Shown: positions 27,926-38,023, numbered from the stretch's first letter. The stretch is 50,056 nucleotides of DNA from Pseudomonadota bacterium (GCA_031416315.1 JANOTL010000047.1:1-50056), one strand, 5' to 3'. Translations and numbers: made by a program. Notes: a model not told the origin generated them from the sequence alone.

Positions 27926-28120
27926 GATCGGATCGAAAAATACGCCGCTATAGACCGCGTTCGGCACCGCTCCGTCCACGCTCGTGAAGCTGACGGTGAC
28001 GTCGCCCCGCACCTTGAACGAGCGGTACAAGCCACCGGTGAATCCGGCGATCGCCTCGGAAAAAAGGACCGCTCCGGTGGCCGGAGTCGCGAAAAGCCAC
28101 GGTCTGCTTGACCCTCTCGG
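27923..28120 (-). pseudogene. Frameshifted C-terminal remnant of an extracellular protein
   Basis: ERVKQTVAFRDS, one extra base, then ATGAVLFSEAIAGFTGGLYRSFKVRGDVTVSFTSVDGAVPNAVYSGVFFDPI*; no start codon. Confidence 0.6.
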
Positions 28121-28182
28121 AGAAGGACGTCTTTCAGCTAATCAACGCGGCATCCCATCGCGGAAAGCCAGGTTGAGAGTGC

Positions 28183-29013
28183 TTAAGACTCGACTTCCCG
28201 CGCCCGCTCGCGGATCGCTGCCTTGGCCCGCGAGGCCGCCTCCGGCATCAGGGTCTCCGCCAGAGCAATGAACTCCTCCGCCAACTTGTGGCGCGGCTTG
28301 AAGTACACGACCGGCACGTGTGCCGCGTGGCTTTCTCGCATCACGATCGACGTCGTCAGGTAGGGCTTCAGCACCGTGAAGCCATCGGCCGTCAGCGCGT
28401 CGATCGTCTCCTGCGGCAGCTTCGCCGTCGCGGAGAAGTGGTTCACGATCACGCCTTCCGTCTTCAGGTCGGGCGCATGGTCCGAAGCGACTTCCTGCAC
28501 GACTTCCCGCACTTGCTTCAACGCGTCGGCGCTGAACGCGTCGCAGTCGAAGGGCACGAGCACGCGGTCCGACGCCATCAAGGCGCTCATGCTGTAAAAG
28601 TTCAGGGCCGGCGGCGTGTCGAAGAAGACGTCGTCGAAGCCGAGATCCTCGATCAACCCGTCGATCGCCTCGCGCAGCTTGAAGATTTTGTAGCGACCCT
28701 CGAGCTTCGGCTGCAGCTCGGAAAGCGTCTTCGACGCCGGGACCACCCAGAGGTCGTCGTGCGGCGTGCGGTAGAGCGCTTCCTTCAAGGTCTCGCGGAA
28801 AAGCTTGAAGCCGAGCGTCGACTCGAAGAAATCCGCGACCGTGTGCGTGACCTTTTTGGCTTCGTCGCCGAGCAGGTACTGCGTCGCGTTGGCTTGCGCG
28901 TCGAGGTCGACGACCAGGACCTTGCGGCCGCTTCGGGCGAACGCCGCCGCGAGATTGCACGTGATGGACGTCTTGCCGACGCCGCCCTTCTGGTTGAAGA
29001 TCGCGCGCTTCAT
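28183..29013 (-). CDS. ParA/Soj family ATPase (orphan, no parB)
   Basis: FNQKGGVGKTS, VDLDAQANAT, FDTPP; ATG 29013 with AGGAG RBS. Confidence 0.9.
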   Translation of the reverse strand: MKRAIFNQKGGVGKTSITCNLAAAFARSGRKVLVVDLDAQANATQYLLGDEAKKVTHTVADFFESTLGFKLFRETLKEALYRTPHDDLWVVPASKTLSELQPKLEGRYKIFKLREAIDGLIEDLGFDDVFFDTPPALNFYSMSALMASDRVLVPFDCDAFSADALKQVREVVQEVASDHAPDLKTEGVIVNHFSATAKLPQETIDALTADGFTVLKPYLTTSIVMRESHAAHVPVVYFKPRHKLAEEFIALAETLMPEAASRAKAAIRERAREVES

Positions 29014-29077
29014 CGGGTCTCCTGGTTCGTCTCTTGGCCTGTCGAGTGGTGCCGAGAGAGTATCCCACCCAACGCCT

Positions 29078-29797
29078 CTACGGCCAGACAAAACCCTCGA
29101 GAGGCACGTAGCCTTGTGGGCCGACCAAGGGCAGCGAGGCAGCGTCGCACTCCGCCTGCACAATCGTGGACAACTGGTCGACGGTCGTGCCGCAACGCAC
29201 GATCAGCTTGGTCTTAGGACGCTCGAGATAAAAAAGGTAGCCGAGCAAGAGCTCTGTCTTTTTACCCTCGCAATTGGTCTCGATGCTCAAAAAAAAGCTT
29301 GGGCCGTCGCTGCATTCGAACAGCGGCCGCGAGGACTCTAGCTGCTGATCCAACAGGCTGAAGGTGTGCCCATCGTACGTGAAGCCTGGATGCGTCTCGC
29401 CTGGAGCGAGCGACCACAAGTGAATCGGGCCGTTCTTGTAGCGGTGGATCTTACGCAAGACCGCAGGCTGCGGCGTGACGCCGGGCGCGGGGGGCGAAGC
29501 CTCCGGCGCTGGGTCCTCGGGCGGAGGGGGCGCGACCTCCGGGGCCGGTCCGTCGTCAGGGGCGGCCGTCGGCTTGTCTTCGTCGAGGGGCGGCGGAGAC
29601 GCCGTGCCCGGGCTCGCGGTTTCGCTGCCGCTGCCGTTCTCGTCACTGCTCTCGCTGCCGTCTTCAGGATCCTTGGAGCTGACCGAAGCCTTCTTGGCCT
29701 TCTTCTCGTCGCTCGCCCCGGTGTGCTCCGCCGACTCGCTGGAACACGCAGCAAGAAGGAGCGTTTCGCCGACGACGACCGCCGCCAGAGTCTTCAC
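29078..29797 (-). CDS. Lipoprotein with Ser/Pro-rich linker and small repeat (DUF5648-like) C-terminal domain
   Basis: GTG overlaps the cheW TGA; lipobox LAAC; HRY..HLWS..GF.YDG, FLS...CEG...LLGY. Confidence 0.7.
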   Translation of the reverse strand: MKTLAAVVVGETLLLAACSSESAEHTGASDEKKAKKASVSSKDPEDGSESSDENGSGSETASPGTASPPPLDEDKPTAAPDDGPAPEVAPPPPEDPAPEASPPAPGVTPQPAVLRKIHRYKNGPIHLWSLAPGETHPGFTYDGHTFSLLDQQLESSRPLFECSDGPSFFLSIETNCEGKKTELLLGYLFYLERPKTKLIVRCGTTVDQLSTIVQAECDAASLPLVGPQGYVPLEGFVWP

Positions 29798-30372
29798 ACC
29801 GCGCCTGCCGTCTCATGGGCGTCGTCGCTTGCCAGCGCGTCGCCGGCCGCGGCCTTGAGGATCCGCTGCAGATCGATGATGCCGTTGATTTTGTTGCCCT
29901 GCTTTGAGATCCCGCCGATGAACTCGGCGCCCGTGCCTTTGCCCGGGAGCGACTGGTGCTCGATCTCCGACGGCAGGAGCTGCACGACGTAGGTGATACC
30001 GTCCACGAGGATGCCGAAGGTGATGTCTTCGCAACGCGTGATGATGATGCGCGTGGCGCCGGTCGGCTCGCCGCGCGGCGTGCCCATCAACTTGCGCATG
30101 TTGATCGCGGGGATGATGTTGCCGCGCAGGTTGATGACGCCGTCGACCATCGTCGGGGCGTTCGGCACGAAGGTGATCGGCGTCAGCATGATGATCTCGC
30201 GCACCTGCGCGATCGGCATCAGGAACTCCTCGGCGCCGACGATCAGGCCGATGAACTGCTCGCGCTCCTGGAAGTCCTCTTCCTTGTGGCCGTCGAGGTC
30301 GCCTTTGATCGAGAAGAGGCCGTCGCGGGCCACCACGCCATAGATGTCTCGGTTTTCGTCGCCTTGGCTCAT
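29794..30372 (-). CDS. cheW: Chemotaxis coupling protein CheW
   Basis: VREII...ITFVPNAP..VDGVINLRGNIIPAIN; GILVD. Confidence 0.93.
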   Translation of the reverse strand: MSQGDENRDIYGVVARDGLFSIKGDLDGHKEEDFQEREQFIGLIVGAEEFLMPIAQVREIIMLTPITFVPNAPTMVDGVINLRGNIIPAINMRKLMGTPRGEPTGATRIIITRCEDITFGILVDGITYVVQLLPSEIEHQSLPGKGTGAEFIGGISKQGNKINGIIDLQRILKAAAGDALASDDAHETAGAV

Positions 30373-30379
30373 CTTGACC

Positions 30380-33118
30380 TCACGCCGCCGCCTGGTGGCG
30401 CGTTCTGGAGCGGAACCTGTCCTCGAGCTCTTGAATGTCGAGCACCAGCACGACCTCGCCGTTGCCGAGCACCGCGCCGCCCGCGACGCAGGGAGTCTTC
30501 TTCATGATCGGGCCGAGCGACTTGATCACCATCTCCTGCTGGTGCAGGAGCTGGTCGACGACGATGCCGAAGCGGCGGTCGCCGGAGCCGACGATGACGA
30601 CGTAGAGGCGGTCTTTCCGGCGATTGACGCGCAGGCTGCCGACCGTCTGCTCTTCTTTGTTGCGGTGATAGCCGGAGTACCAGGAGGTCTCCGCCTTGCG
30701 CGCCAGCTCGAGCGTGTCGTGCAAGTGCATCAGCGGCAGGACTTTGCCATGGCGCTTGATGACCTCGGCGTCGCCCACGGTCTGAATCTCTTCGGGCTTG
30801 ATGCGCACGGACTCGACGACCGTGGAGAGCGGGATGGCGAAGACTTCGCCCTGCGACTCGATCAAGAGGCTCTGCACGATCGCGAGGGTCAGCGGCAAGC
30901 GAATCGTCGTCGTCGTACCCTGGCCGAGCTTCGAGTTGATGTCGATCAGGCCCTTGAGCTTGGAGATCTGCTTCCGGACGACGTCCATGCCGACGCCGCG
31001 GCCGGAGACGGTCGTCACCTGCTCGGCGGTCGAGAAGCCCGGCTCGAAGATCAAGTTCACGATGTCGCGGTCGGAGAGCACCGTATCCTCGGAGATCAGG
31101 CCGCGCTCGACGGCCTTGCGACGGACGCGGTCCGTGTCGATGCCTTTGCCGTCGTCCTCGATCGTGATGATGATGTGGTTGCCTTCCTGGCGCGCCGACA
31201 GGAAGATTTTCCCCGCGGCGTTCTTGCCCGAGGCCACGCGCGCGTCCGGCATCTCGACGCCGTGATCGCAGGAGTTCCGGATCAAATGGATGAGCGGATC
31301 GCCGATCTGCTCGACCAAGGTCTTGTCGAGCTCGGTCTCCTCGCCGTCGATCATCAGCTCGATGTCTTTACCCAGCTGGCGCGACAGGTCCCGCACGATC
31401 CGCGTGAACTTGTTGAAGGCGTTGCCGATCGGGACCATCCGGATCTTCATGATGATCTCGTAGATCTCGTTCATGTGCCGGCCGAAGAGCTGCACCGTCT
31501 CCGACATGTTGCCCGCGACCTTGAGCTGCGGGCTCGTCGCGCGGATGTCCTCCTCGATGGTCGCGAAGCGCGTGCGGTCGATGACCAGCTCGCCGACCAG
31601 ATTGACCAAATGATCGAGCCGCTCCAAATCGACCCGGATCGTCGACTGCTCTTCTTTCTTCTTCTTCGGCTCACGGCCTGCACCGGAGCGCTCTTCCCCA
31701 TCACCACCATCTTCACCACCACCCGCGCTCGCGCTCGTGCCCGCGCTCGTACCGGTGGACGTAGTCGTAGACGTAGACGTAGACCCCATCCCCTTCCGAT
31801 ACTTCCCCTTAGCCGCCAACTCCAAAGCCCGCACGATCGGCACCGTCTTCGCGCCCGTGACCTTACCTTCCTTCGCGCCGTCGAGCAGCGTGCGCAGCAC
31901 GTCGAATCCCTGGAAGACCACGTCGATCGTGTTCGAGTCCGGGACCAAGGTCCCTTTCCGCACGAGGTCGAAAAGGTTCTCCATCCGATGCATGACGCGC
32001 TCGATCGCCTTGAAGCCGAACATGCCCGCCGCGCCCTTCAGCGTGTGCGCCGCGCGGAAGATGACGTCGATTGTCTCGCGGTTGGTCGGATCGTTCTCGA
32101 GCTCGAGGATCGTCTTGTCGAGCGTCTCCATCAGCTCGTCGGTATTGCTCGAGAAGTCGATCATCATGTCGGGGTCGCGGGCGAAATCGTTGGCCGCGAG
32201 CTCCTCGATCTCGTGAAGGACCTCTTCTTCTTCCTCGCCGCCGTCGCCGCGCTCGTCGGCCAGCATCGGCGCCCAAGTCGCCGCCACTTTCGCGGCAGTC
32301 TTGCCCGAAGCCTTGGGGGCAGTTGCCTCAGCCGAAGACGCCCCCTCGAAGGCCGCGAGCATCGCCAGCGCCTCGTCATCGGCGTTCATCACCGACCCGC
32401 CGCCGTCCGCGGCCTTGGGCGCCGAAGCCTTCGGCGAAGACGGCCCGTCCATCTCCTCGAGGAGCTTGCGCGCTTCCTCGTCCGACATCTCACCACCGTC
32501 CCCGGCCTTGGGCGCCGAAGCCTTTGGCGAAGGCGGCCCGTCCATCGCGTCGAGGAGCTTGCGCGCTTCCTCGTCCGACATCTCGCCGCCTTCGGCCGGC
32601 TCGGGCGCAGCGGGACCGTCCATCGCGTCGAGCAGCATCCGCGCTTCTTCGTCCGACATCTCGCCCGACTCGTGCGCCGAAGCCTCCGGCGAAGGCGACC
32701 CGCCCATCGCGAGGAGCATCGCCGCGTCCTCGTCCGACATCTCACCACCGTCCTCGCCCTCGGGCGCCGAAGCCCATGGCGAAGGCGCCTCGTCCATGTC
32801 GTCGCTCGCGTCGAGCGCGTCCGCCACGGAGCGACTCGCCACCCCTTTGGGTGCGGTCGCGGAGGCAGCGTCGGCCTCGAGCATCCTCAGCGCGTCGTCG
32901 TCCGGCAGCTCGTCCAGCGTCTCGCCGGCCGGCTTCGCCCATTGGCTCACGAGCGTCAAAAGCTCGAACGCCTCGGGCAAGAGAAATTGGAGGGACTCGC
33001 CGGCCACCCGCTTTTCGGCGGCGAGCTTGGCGAGCCCGGCGAGCTCTTTGGATAGCTTCGGCAGCACCTCTTTGAGAAGCGCCTCGAAAGCTGCAGCGGT
33101 CAGCGCGTCCATGGCCAT
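30380..33118 (-). CDS. cheA: Chemotaxis histidine kinase CheA with acidic N-terminal repeat extension
   Basis: Hpt IFRAAHTLKG; TIRVDLERLD; HLIRNSCDHG; DDGKG; FEPGFST; SGRGVGMDVV; P5 domain. Confidence 0.95.
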   Translation of the reverse strand: MAMDALTAAAFEALLKEVLPKLSKELAGLAKLAAEKRVAGESLQFLLPEAFELLTLVSQWAKPAGETLDELPDDDALRMLEADAASATAPKGVASRSVADALDASDDMDEAPSPWASAPEGEDGGEMSDEDAAMLLAMGGSPSPEASAHESGEMSDEEARMLLDAMDGPAAPEPAEGGEMSDEEARKLLDAMDGPPSPKASAPKAGDGGEMSDEEARKLLEEMDGPSSPKASAPKAADGGGSVMNADDEALAMLAAFEGASSAEATAPKASGKTAAKVAATWAPMLADERGDGGEEEEEVLHEIEELAANDFARDPDMMIDFSSNTDELMETLDKTILELENDPTNRETIDVIFRAAHTLKGAAGMFGFKAIERVMHRMENLFDLVRKGTLVPDSNTIDVVFQGFDVLRTLLDGAKEGKVTGAKTVPIVRALELAAKGKYRKGMGSTSTSTTTSTGTSAGTSASAGGGEDGGDGEERSGAGREPKKKKEEQSTIRVDLERLDHLVNLVGELVIDRTRFATIEEDIRATSPQLKVAGNMSETVQLFGRHMNEIYEIIMKIRMVPIGNAFNKFTRIVRDLSRQLGKDIELMIDGEETELDKTLVEQIGDPLIHLIRNSCDHGVEMPDARVASGKNAAGKIFLSARQEGNHIIITIEDDGKGIDTDRVRRKAVERGLISEDTVLSDRDIVNLIFEPGFSTAEQVTTVSGRGVGMDVVRKQISKLKGLIDINSKLGQGTTTTIRLPLTLAIVQSLLIESQGEVFAIPLSTVVESVRIKPEEIQTVGDAEVIKRHGKVLPLMHLHDTLELARKAETSWYSGYHRNKEEQTVGSLRVNRRKDRLYVVIVGSGDRRFGIVVDQLLHQQEMVIKSLGPIMKKTPCVAGGAVLGNGEVVLVLDIQELEDRFRSRTRHQAAA
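31724..31784 (-). repeat. In-frame 6-mer periodic repeat in the CheA linker
   Basis: Coding strand TCTACG x3, ACTACG, TCCACC, GGTACG, AGCGCG, GGCACG, AGCGCG x2, encoding STSTSTTTSTGTSAGTSASA. Confidence 0.8.
32330..32790 (-). repeat. Tandem repeats encoding GGEMSDEEARKLLDAMDGP-like units
   Basis: Four clear EMSDE(E/D)A units plus degenerate copies, spaced about 81-96 bp. Confidence 0.9.
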
Positions 33119-33156
33119 CGGGAACTTAGACTACCTTCCTGGTCGTCTTCCCTGCT

Positions 33157-33669
33157 TCAGGACGCCTTTTTCGTAGCAACGGCGCCTTCGGCGAAGAGAA
33201 AGTAACTTTCCTCGAGCGCATCGAACTGGAGAGCTTCGTTGCACTTGTCGCAGCGGAATTCCGGCGCCTGCTTGCCTTGCAGCTCGGCGGCGTGCTCATG
33301 GACGGAGATCAGACGGTTCACTTCGCCGTGGCTCTCGCAGAAGTACGGCGCGAAGAAGCTCTCGACCTGGCCCTTGCCGAGCGAGTCGGGGACCATGTTG
33401 ATCTGGTCGATCATCGTGACCGAGCACTTGCGGAATTCGAGGGCGCCGAGCTCGCCGACGTCGCGGATCAGATAGATCCATTCGCGGATGCCGCAGGAGT
33501 TGAAGTTGTTGATCTCTTCCAAGATGAAAGTGATCTTCCCCTTCTTGATCCGCGGCACGTCTTTTTGACGAAAATGTTCGTCGACGTCGCCAACAAAGCG
33601 ATAGACGACTTCGTCGCCCGTCTGCTTGATCTCGATGGAGAGGTTGCCGAACTCGATGTTATCGGACAT
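33157..33669 (-). CDS. STAS-like protein with C-terminal Zn-ribbon-like motif
   Basis: FVGDVDE...INNFNSCGIREW; FFAPYFCESH...CDKC. Confidence 0.75.
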   Translation of the reverse strand: MSDNIEFGNLSIEIKQTGDEVVYRFVGDVDEHFRQKDVPRIKKGKITFILEEINNFNSCGIREWIYLIRDVGELGALEFRKCSVTMIDQINMVPDSLGKGQVESFFAPYFCESHGEVNRLISVHEHAAELQGKQAPEFRCDKCNEALQFDALEESYFLFAEGAVATKKAS

Positions 33670-33717
33670 GAATGGACTCCGTTCGCGCCGTCGAGACCAC
33701 GGGCTACTACTGAGGGT

Positions 33718-34809
33718 CTATTCGGAGGCGGGGGTGAAAACTTTAGGCTCCGAGGCCACGCTGAGCGCCGTAAAAAGCGCAAGCTTTCCGGCTATTGCCA
33801 GGCTTTCCATGGAGATGCTCGCGGGGTCGTCTCCAGGCCCGTGCCAGGTGCGGACATGATTGAAGTCGATGAGGTCGATCGCCGGTACGCCCGCCTTCAA
33901 AAAGGGGATGTGATCGTCCTCGATTCCGTGCGGATCACGCCCGTAGACGTCGGGTGATCCGAGGGACTTGGCCCCCTTCTCCGCCAGGGCCACCAAAGCG
34001 GCGGTGGAGTACTTCTCCCGGCTGATGACGATGTCCGGAGACCCGATCATGTCCATGAGGACTAGGGCGACGAGGGGCTTCCCGCCCAGGGAAGCGGGCA
34101 GGCACTTCGCCTTCTTGCCTTCGTAGGCGCAGTCGGTGAGGCGGCTCGCCAGTGAGCGGCTCCCGTACGTGTTGTCCTGGATCTTCGCCGGATGGCGGAG
34201 CTGGCCGTCGGTCCATTCCTTCAAGACGGCCTCCTCGCCGTCGAAGAAGATGCCGATCACGTCACAAACCACGCCGCCGAGCTTGGCGCGCTGACTCTTC
34301 AGGTAAGCCAGCTGCTGGATCAGGACGACGGTCGAAGAGCCGCCGTCGTTCGCCCCGACGTAGCTCAGGCCTTCGACGATCTTCGTGTCGAAGTGCGTGC
34401 CGAGCGCCACGACGCACGGCGCATCGTCGCGCACCGTGCCGGAGGCCACGAGATTGGCGCCTGCGGCCGTCACGGTCAAAGCCATCGGCCCGCCGGAGTC
34501 CGACGTCACCGCGGGATTCGGCGTCTCCGCCGTGAACGGGTCGCGCGTCGCCATGGCGCCCGCTTCCTTGATCCGCGTCTCGAGCCAAGCGATGATCTCG
34601 GCCTGCCTCGGCGAGCCGAAAGGGTGGGGCGCCGCCGCGTAGACCGCAAGATCCGCTCTGGCGATTTCTGGCGACAGCGTGAACCCTTGCGCCAAGGGTG
34701 TGACGTCCAGGCCGCTGCCGCTGCCGCCGGCGTCGTCCTTGCTTTCGTCGCGCGAGCAAACGCACGCGGCGCAAAGCAGGAAGCCGCCGATCAGCAGAGG
34801 GCGCAGCAT
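33718..34809 (-). CDS. M28 family metallopeptidase / glutaminyl cyclase-like, exported
   Basis: HFDTK, GANDGGSS, FFDGEE, DMIG, IEDDHIPF, WHGPGD; ATG 34809 is 5 nt after the eno stop. Confidence 0.85.
   Translation of the reverse strand: MLRPLLIGGFLLCAACVCSRDESKDDAGGSGSGLDVTPLAQGFTLSPEIARADLAVYAAAPHPFGSPRQAEIIAWLETRIKEAGAMATRDPFTAETPNPAVTSDSGGPMALTVTAAGANLVASGTVRDDAPCVVALGTHFDTKIVEGLSYVGANDGGSSTVVLIQQLAYLKSQRAKLGGVVCDVIGIFFDGEEAVLKEWTDGQLRHPAKIQDNTYGSRSLASRLTDCAYEGKKAKCLPASLGGKPLVALVLMDMIGSPDIVISREKYSTAALVALAEKGAKSLGSPDVYGRDPHGIEDDHIPFLKAGVPAIDLIDFNHVRTWHGPGDDPASISMESLAIAGKLALFTALSVASEPKVFTPASE
33719..33745 (-). promoter_or_regulatory. Putative sigma28 promoter for the STAS-cheA-cheW operon, embedded in the M28 gene 3' end
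   Basis: TAAAGTTT-N11-TCCGAATA, matching the extended FliA consensus TAAAGTTT-N11-GCCGATAA. Confidence 0.7.
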
Positions 34810-34814
34810 GCGGA

Positions 34815-36113
<1,299 letters not shown>

Positions 36114-36181
36114 TTAGCTCATTGACAAGGGTGGGGCACAGTGGAAAAGTCCCCGCATCAATCTTTAGTAAGGATCCCTGC

Positions 36182-37720
36182 ATGCGTCACGCGCTGTCCA
36201 ACGAACCCTGGAAGACCCTGCTCCCCGACACCCACGAATGGCTGGACAAGGTCCAAGTCGCGACGGGTAACGGCGCGAAGGTCGACGGCGCGCACCACGT
36301 CATCGCGGTCAAAGGCGGCGAAGGCGATGCCAAGGACTCCTTCACCCTTTGGGCCAACAAGCTTCCGGACGACTTGAAGACCAAGATCACCGCCGCGGCG
36401 ACCACGCTCAACTGGAAGCCGAGCGCGGGCCCCGTTCACCTCACGGTCGACGGCGCCAACTTCACCCTCGTCGCGGTCAACTCCACCAAGGCGCACGATC
36501 GCCAGCTCGCGCGCCAGCTCGGCCTCGACGCCGCGCGCGCGACCAAGGAGCTGAAGATCGCGCACCTCGCGTACTGTTCGAACGACAAGTTCAAGTGCTT
36601 CGACGTGCTCGACGGCTACATCTCCGGTCTATATTCGACCGCCTCGTTCAAAGGCACGCGCAAGCCGGACGTCGCGCGCTTTCCGAAGCAGATCACGCTC
36701 GCCGGCTCCGGCGCGACGCCGGACCACATCAAGCACACGCTCTCCCTCGGCAAGGCGCAGGCCTTTACCCGCTTCCTTCAGGACGCGCCGCCGAACTACA
36801 TGAACCCGCCCCGTCTCGCGGAGATCGCGAAGGACATGGCGCGCGAGGCAGGCCTCACCTGCAAGGTGCTGGACAAAGAGCAGATGCAAGCGCTCGGCAT
36901 GGGCTCCTTCCTCAGCGTCGCGGACGGCAGCGCGAAAAACGCCGAGCCTCGCTTGATCGTCATCGAGATCCCCGGCGAGGACAACTCCAAGTGTGTCGCG
37001 CTCGTGGGCAAAGGCCTCACCTTCGACTCCGGCGGCTACAGCCTGAAGCCGGGTGCCGGCATGGAAGAGATGAAATACGACATGTCGGGCGGCGCCGCCG
37101 TCCTCGGCGTGGCGATGCATCTGGGCAAGGTGAAGCCCCCGGTCAAGGTCGTTTGCCTCGTCGGCGCCACGGAGAACATGCTCTCTGAAAACGCCACCCG
37201 CCCGGGCGACATCGTCCGCGCCATGAACGGCAAGACGATCGAGGTCCTGAATACCGACGCCGAGGGCCGCCTGGTCCTGGCCGACGTCCTCCACTACGCG
37301 ATCACCGAATACAAGCCGGACATGACGATCGACATCGCGACCCTAACCGGCGCCGTCCTCGTCGCGCTCGGCTGCGTCGGCTACGGCCTGATGTCGAACG
37401 ACAAGGCCACTGCGGACTACGTCCTCAAGGTCGCCGAGGGCCAGGGTGAGCCCAGCTGGCAGCTGCCGATGTGGCCGGAGATGGAGAAAGAAGTGAAGAG
37501 CGACATCGCCGACCTGAAGAACATCGCCAAGTCGTCCGTCAAAGGCGGCACGATCATGGGCGCCATGTTCCTAAAGGAGTTCGTCGGCGACGCCAAGTGG
37601 GTCCACCTCGACATCGCTGGCACCGGCTGGAACTGTCAGGCGGTGGGCTATCCCGCCGGCGGCGGCTCGGCCTCGGGTCTGCGGACGATGGCCGCGGCTT
37701 GCTTGAACTTCGGGAAGTAG
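36182..37720 (+). CDS. pepA: Leucyl aminopeptidase (M17)
   Basis: VGKGLTFDSGG, MKYDMSG, NTDAEGRL, ATLTGA, HLDIAG. Confidence 0.92.
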   Translation: MRHALSNEPWKTLLPDTHEWLDKVQVATGNGAKVDGAHHVIAVKGGEGDAKDSFTLWANKLPDDLKTKITAAATTLNWKPSAGPVHLTVDGANFTLVAVNSTKAHDRQLARQLGLDAARATKELKIAHLAYCSNDKFKCFDVLDGYISGLYSTASFKGTRKPDVARFPKQITLAGSGATPDHIKHTLSLGKAQAFTRFLQDAPPNYMNPPRLAEIAKDMAREAGLTCKVLDKEQMQALGMGSFLSVADGSAKNAEPRLIVIEIPGEDNSKCVALVGKGLTFDSGGYSLKPGAGMEEMKYDMSGGAAVLGVAMHLGKVKPPVKVVCLVGATENMLSENATRPGDIVRAMNGKTIEVLNTDAEGRLVLADVLHYAITEYKPDMTIDIATLTGAVLVALGCVGYGLMSNDKATADYVLKVAEGQGEPSWQLPMWPEMEKEVKSDIADLKNIAKSSVKGGTIMGAMFLKEFVGDAKWVHLDIAGTGWNCQAVGYPAGGGSASGLRTMAAACLNFGK

Positions 37721-37727
37721 CAGCGAC

Positions 37728-37826
37728 GGAGGTTTTTCGCCGCCGAGGGCGCAGAGAGCGCAGAGCCGGAGCTTTTTCTAAGCTCAGACTCGGCGTTCTC
37801 GGCGTTCTCGGCGGTGAAAGCCCTCC
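37728..37826 (+). repeat. REP-like inverted repeat, copy 2 (9-mer periodic)
   Basis: 38-nt arms 37728-37765 / 37789-37826, 30/38 complementary; 5 of the 8 mismatches are G.U-compatible on the + strand. Confidence 0.88.
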
Positions 37827-37948
37827 TTCCAATAAACCTCAACCGTTCTCACCGCATACGACCCCTCAGCCCGCCCCTTAGCGACCCGTGGTCACAACCC
37901 CAAGAATCGATACCGATTCGCGAATGCCCCCTCTTTCACCGCTTGCCC

Positions 37949-37976
37949 TCAAGGCTTTGCGCTGAACCGCCGAAAG
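37949..37976 (+). promoter_or_regulatory. Putative sigma28 promoter
   Basis: TCAAG-N15-GCCGAAAG upstream of ATG 38024. Confidence 0.55.
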
Positions 37977-38023
37977 GGGAGGGAACTCCGAAACCGTCCC
38001 TTTTCCGGTCGGGAGACCTGCCG

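Noticed and set aside
32330..32790. Spaced direct repeats as a CRISPR array or DGR template/variable repeat
   Set aside because: They are in-frame coding repeats with related spacers; no cas or reverse transcriptase gene and no adenine-specific variation
30344..33055. Long antisense or alternative-frame ORFs (e.g. 903 aa opposite cheA; also 609..2114, 7995..9614, 11867..13783, 17791..19494)
   Set aside because: Shadow ORFs of high-GC genes: Arg/Ala-rich, no motifs, fully overlapping well-supported genes
37648..37842. 64-aa ORF containing TAENAENAE
   Set aside because: It is the translation of the 9-mer hairpin repeat, not a gene
37955..38020. CCGCCGAAAGG as a riboswitch tetraloop stem
   Set aside because: The rest of the aptamer is absent; better explained as a sigma28 -10 box
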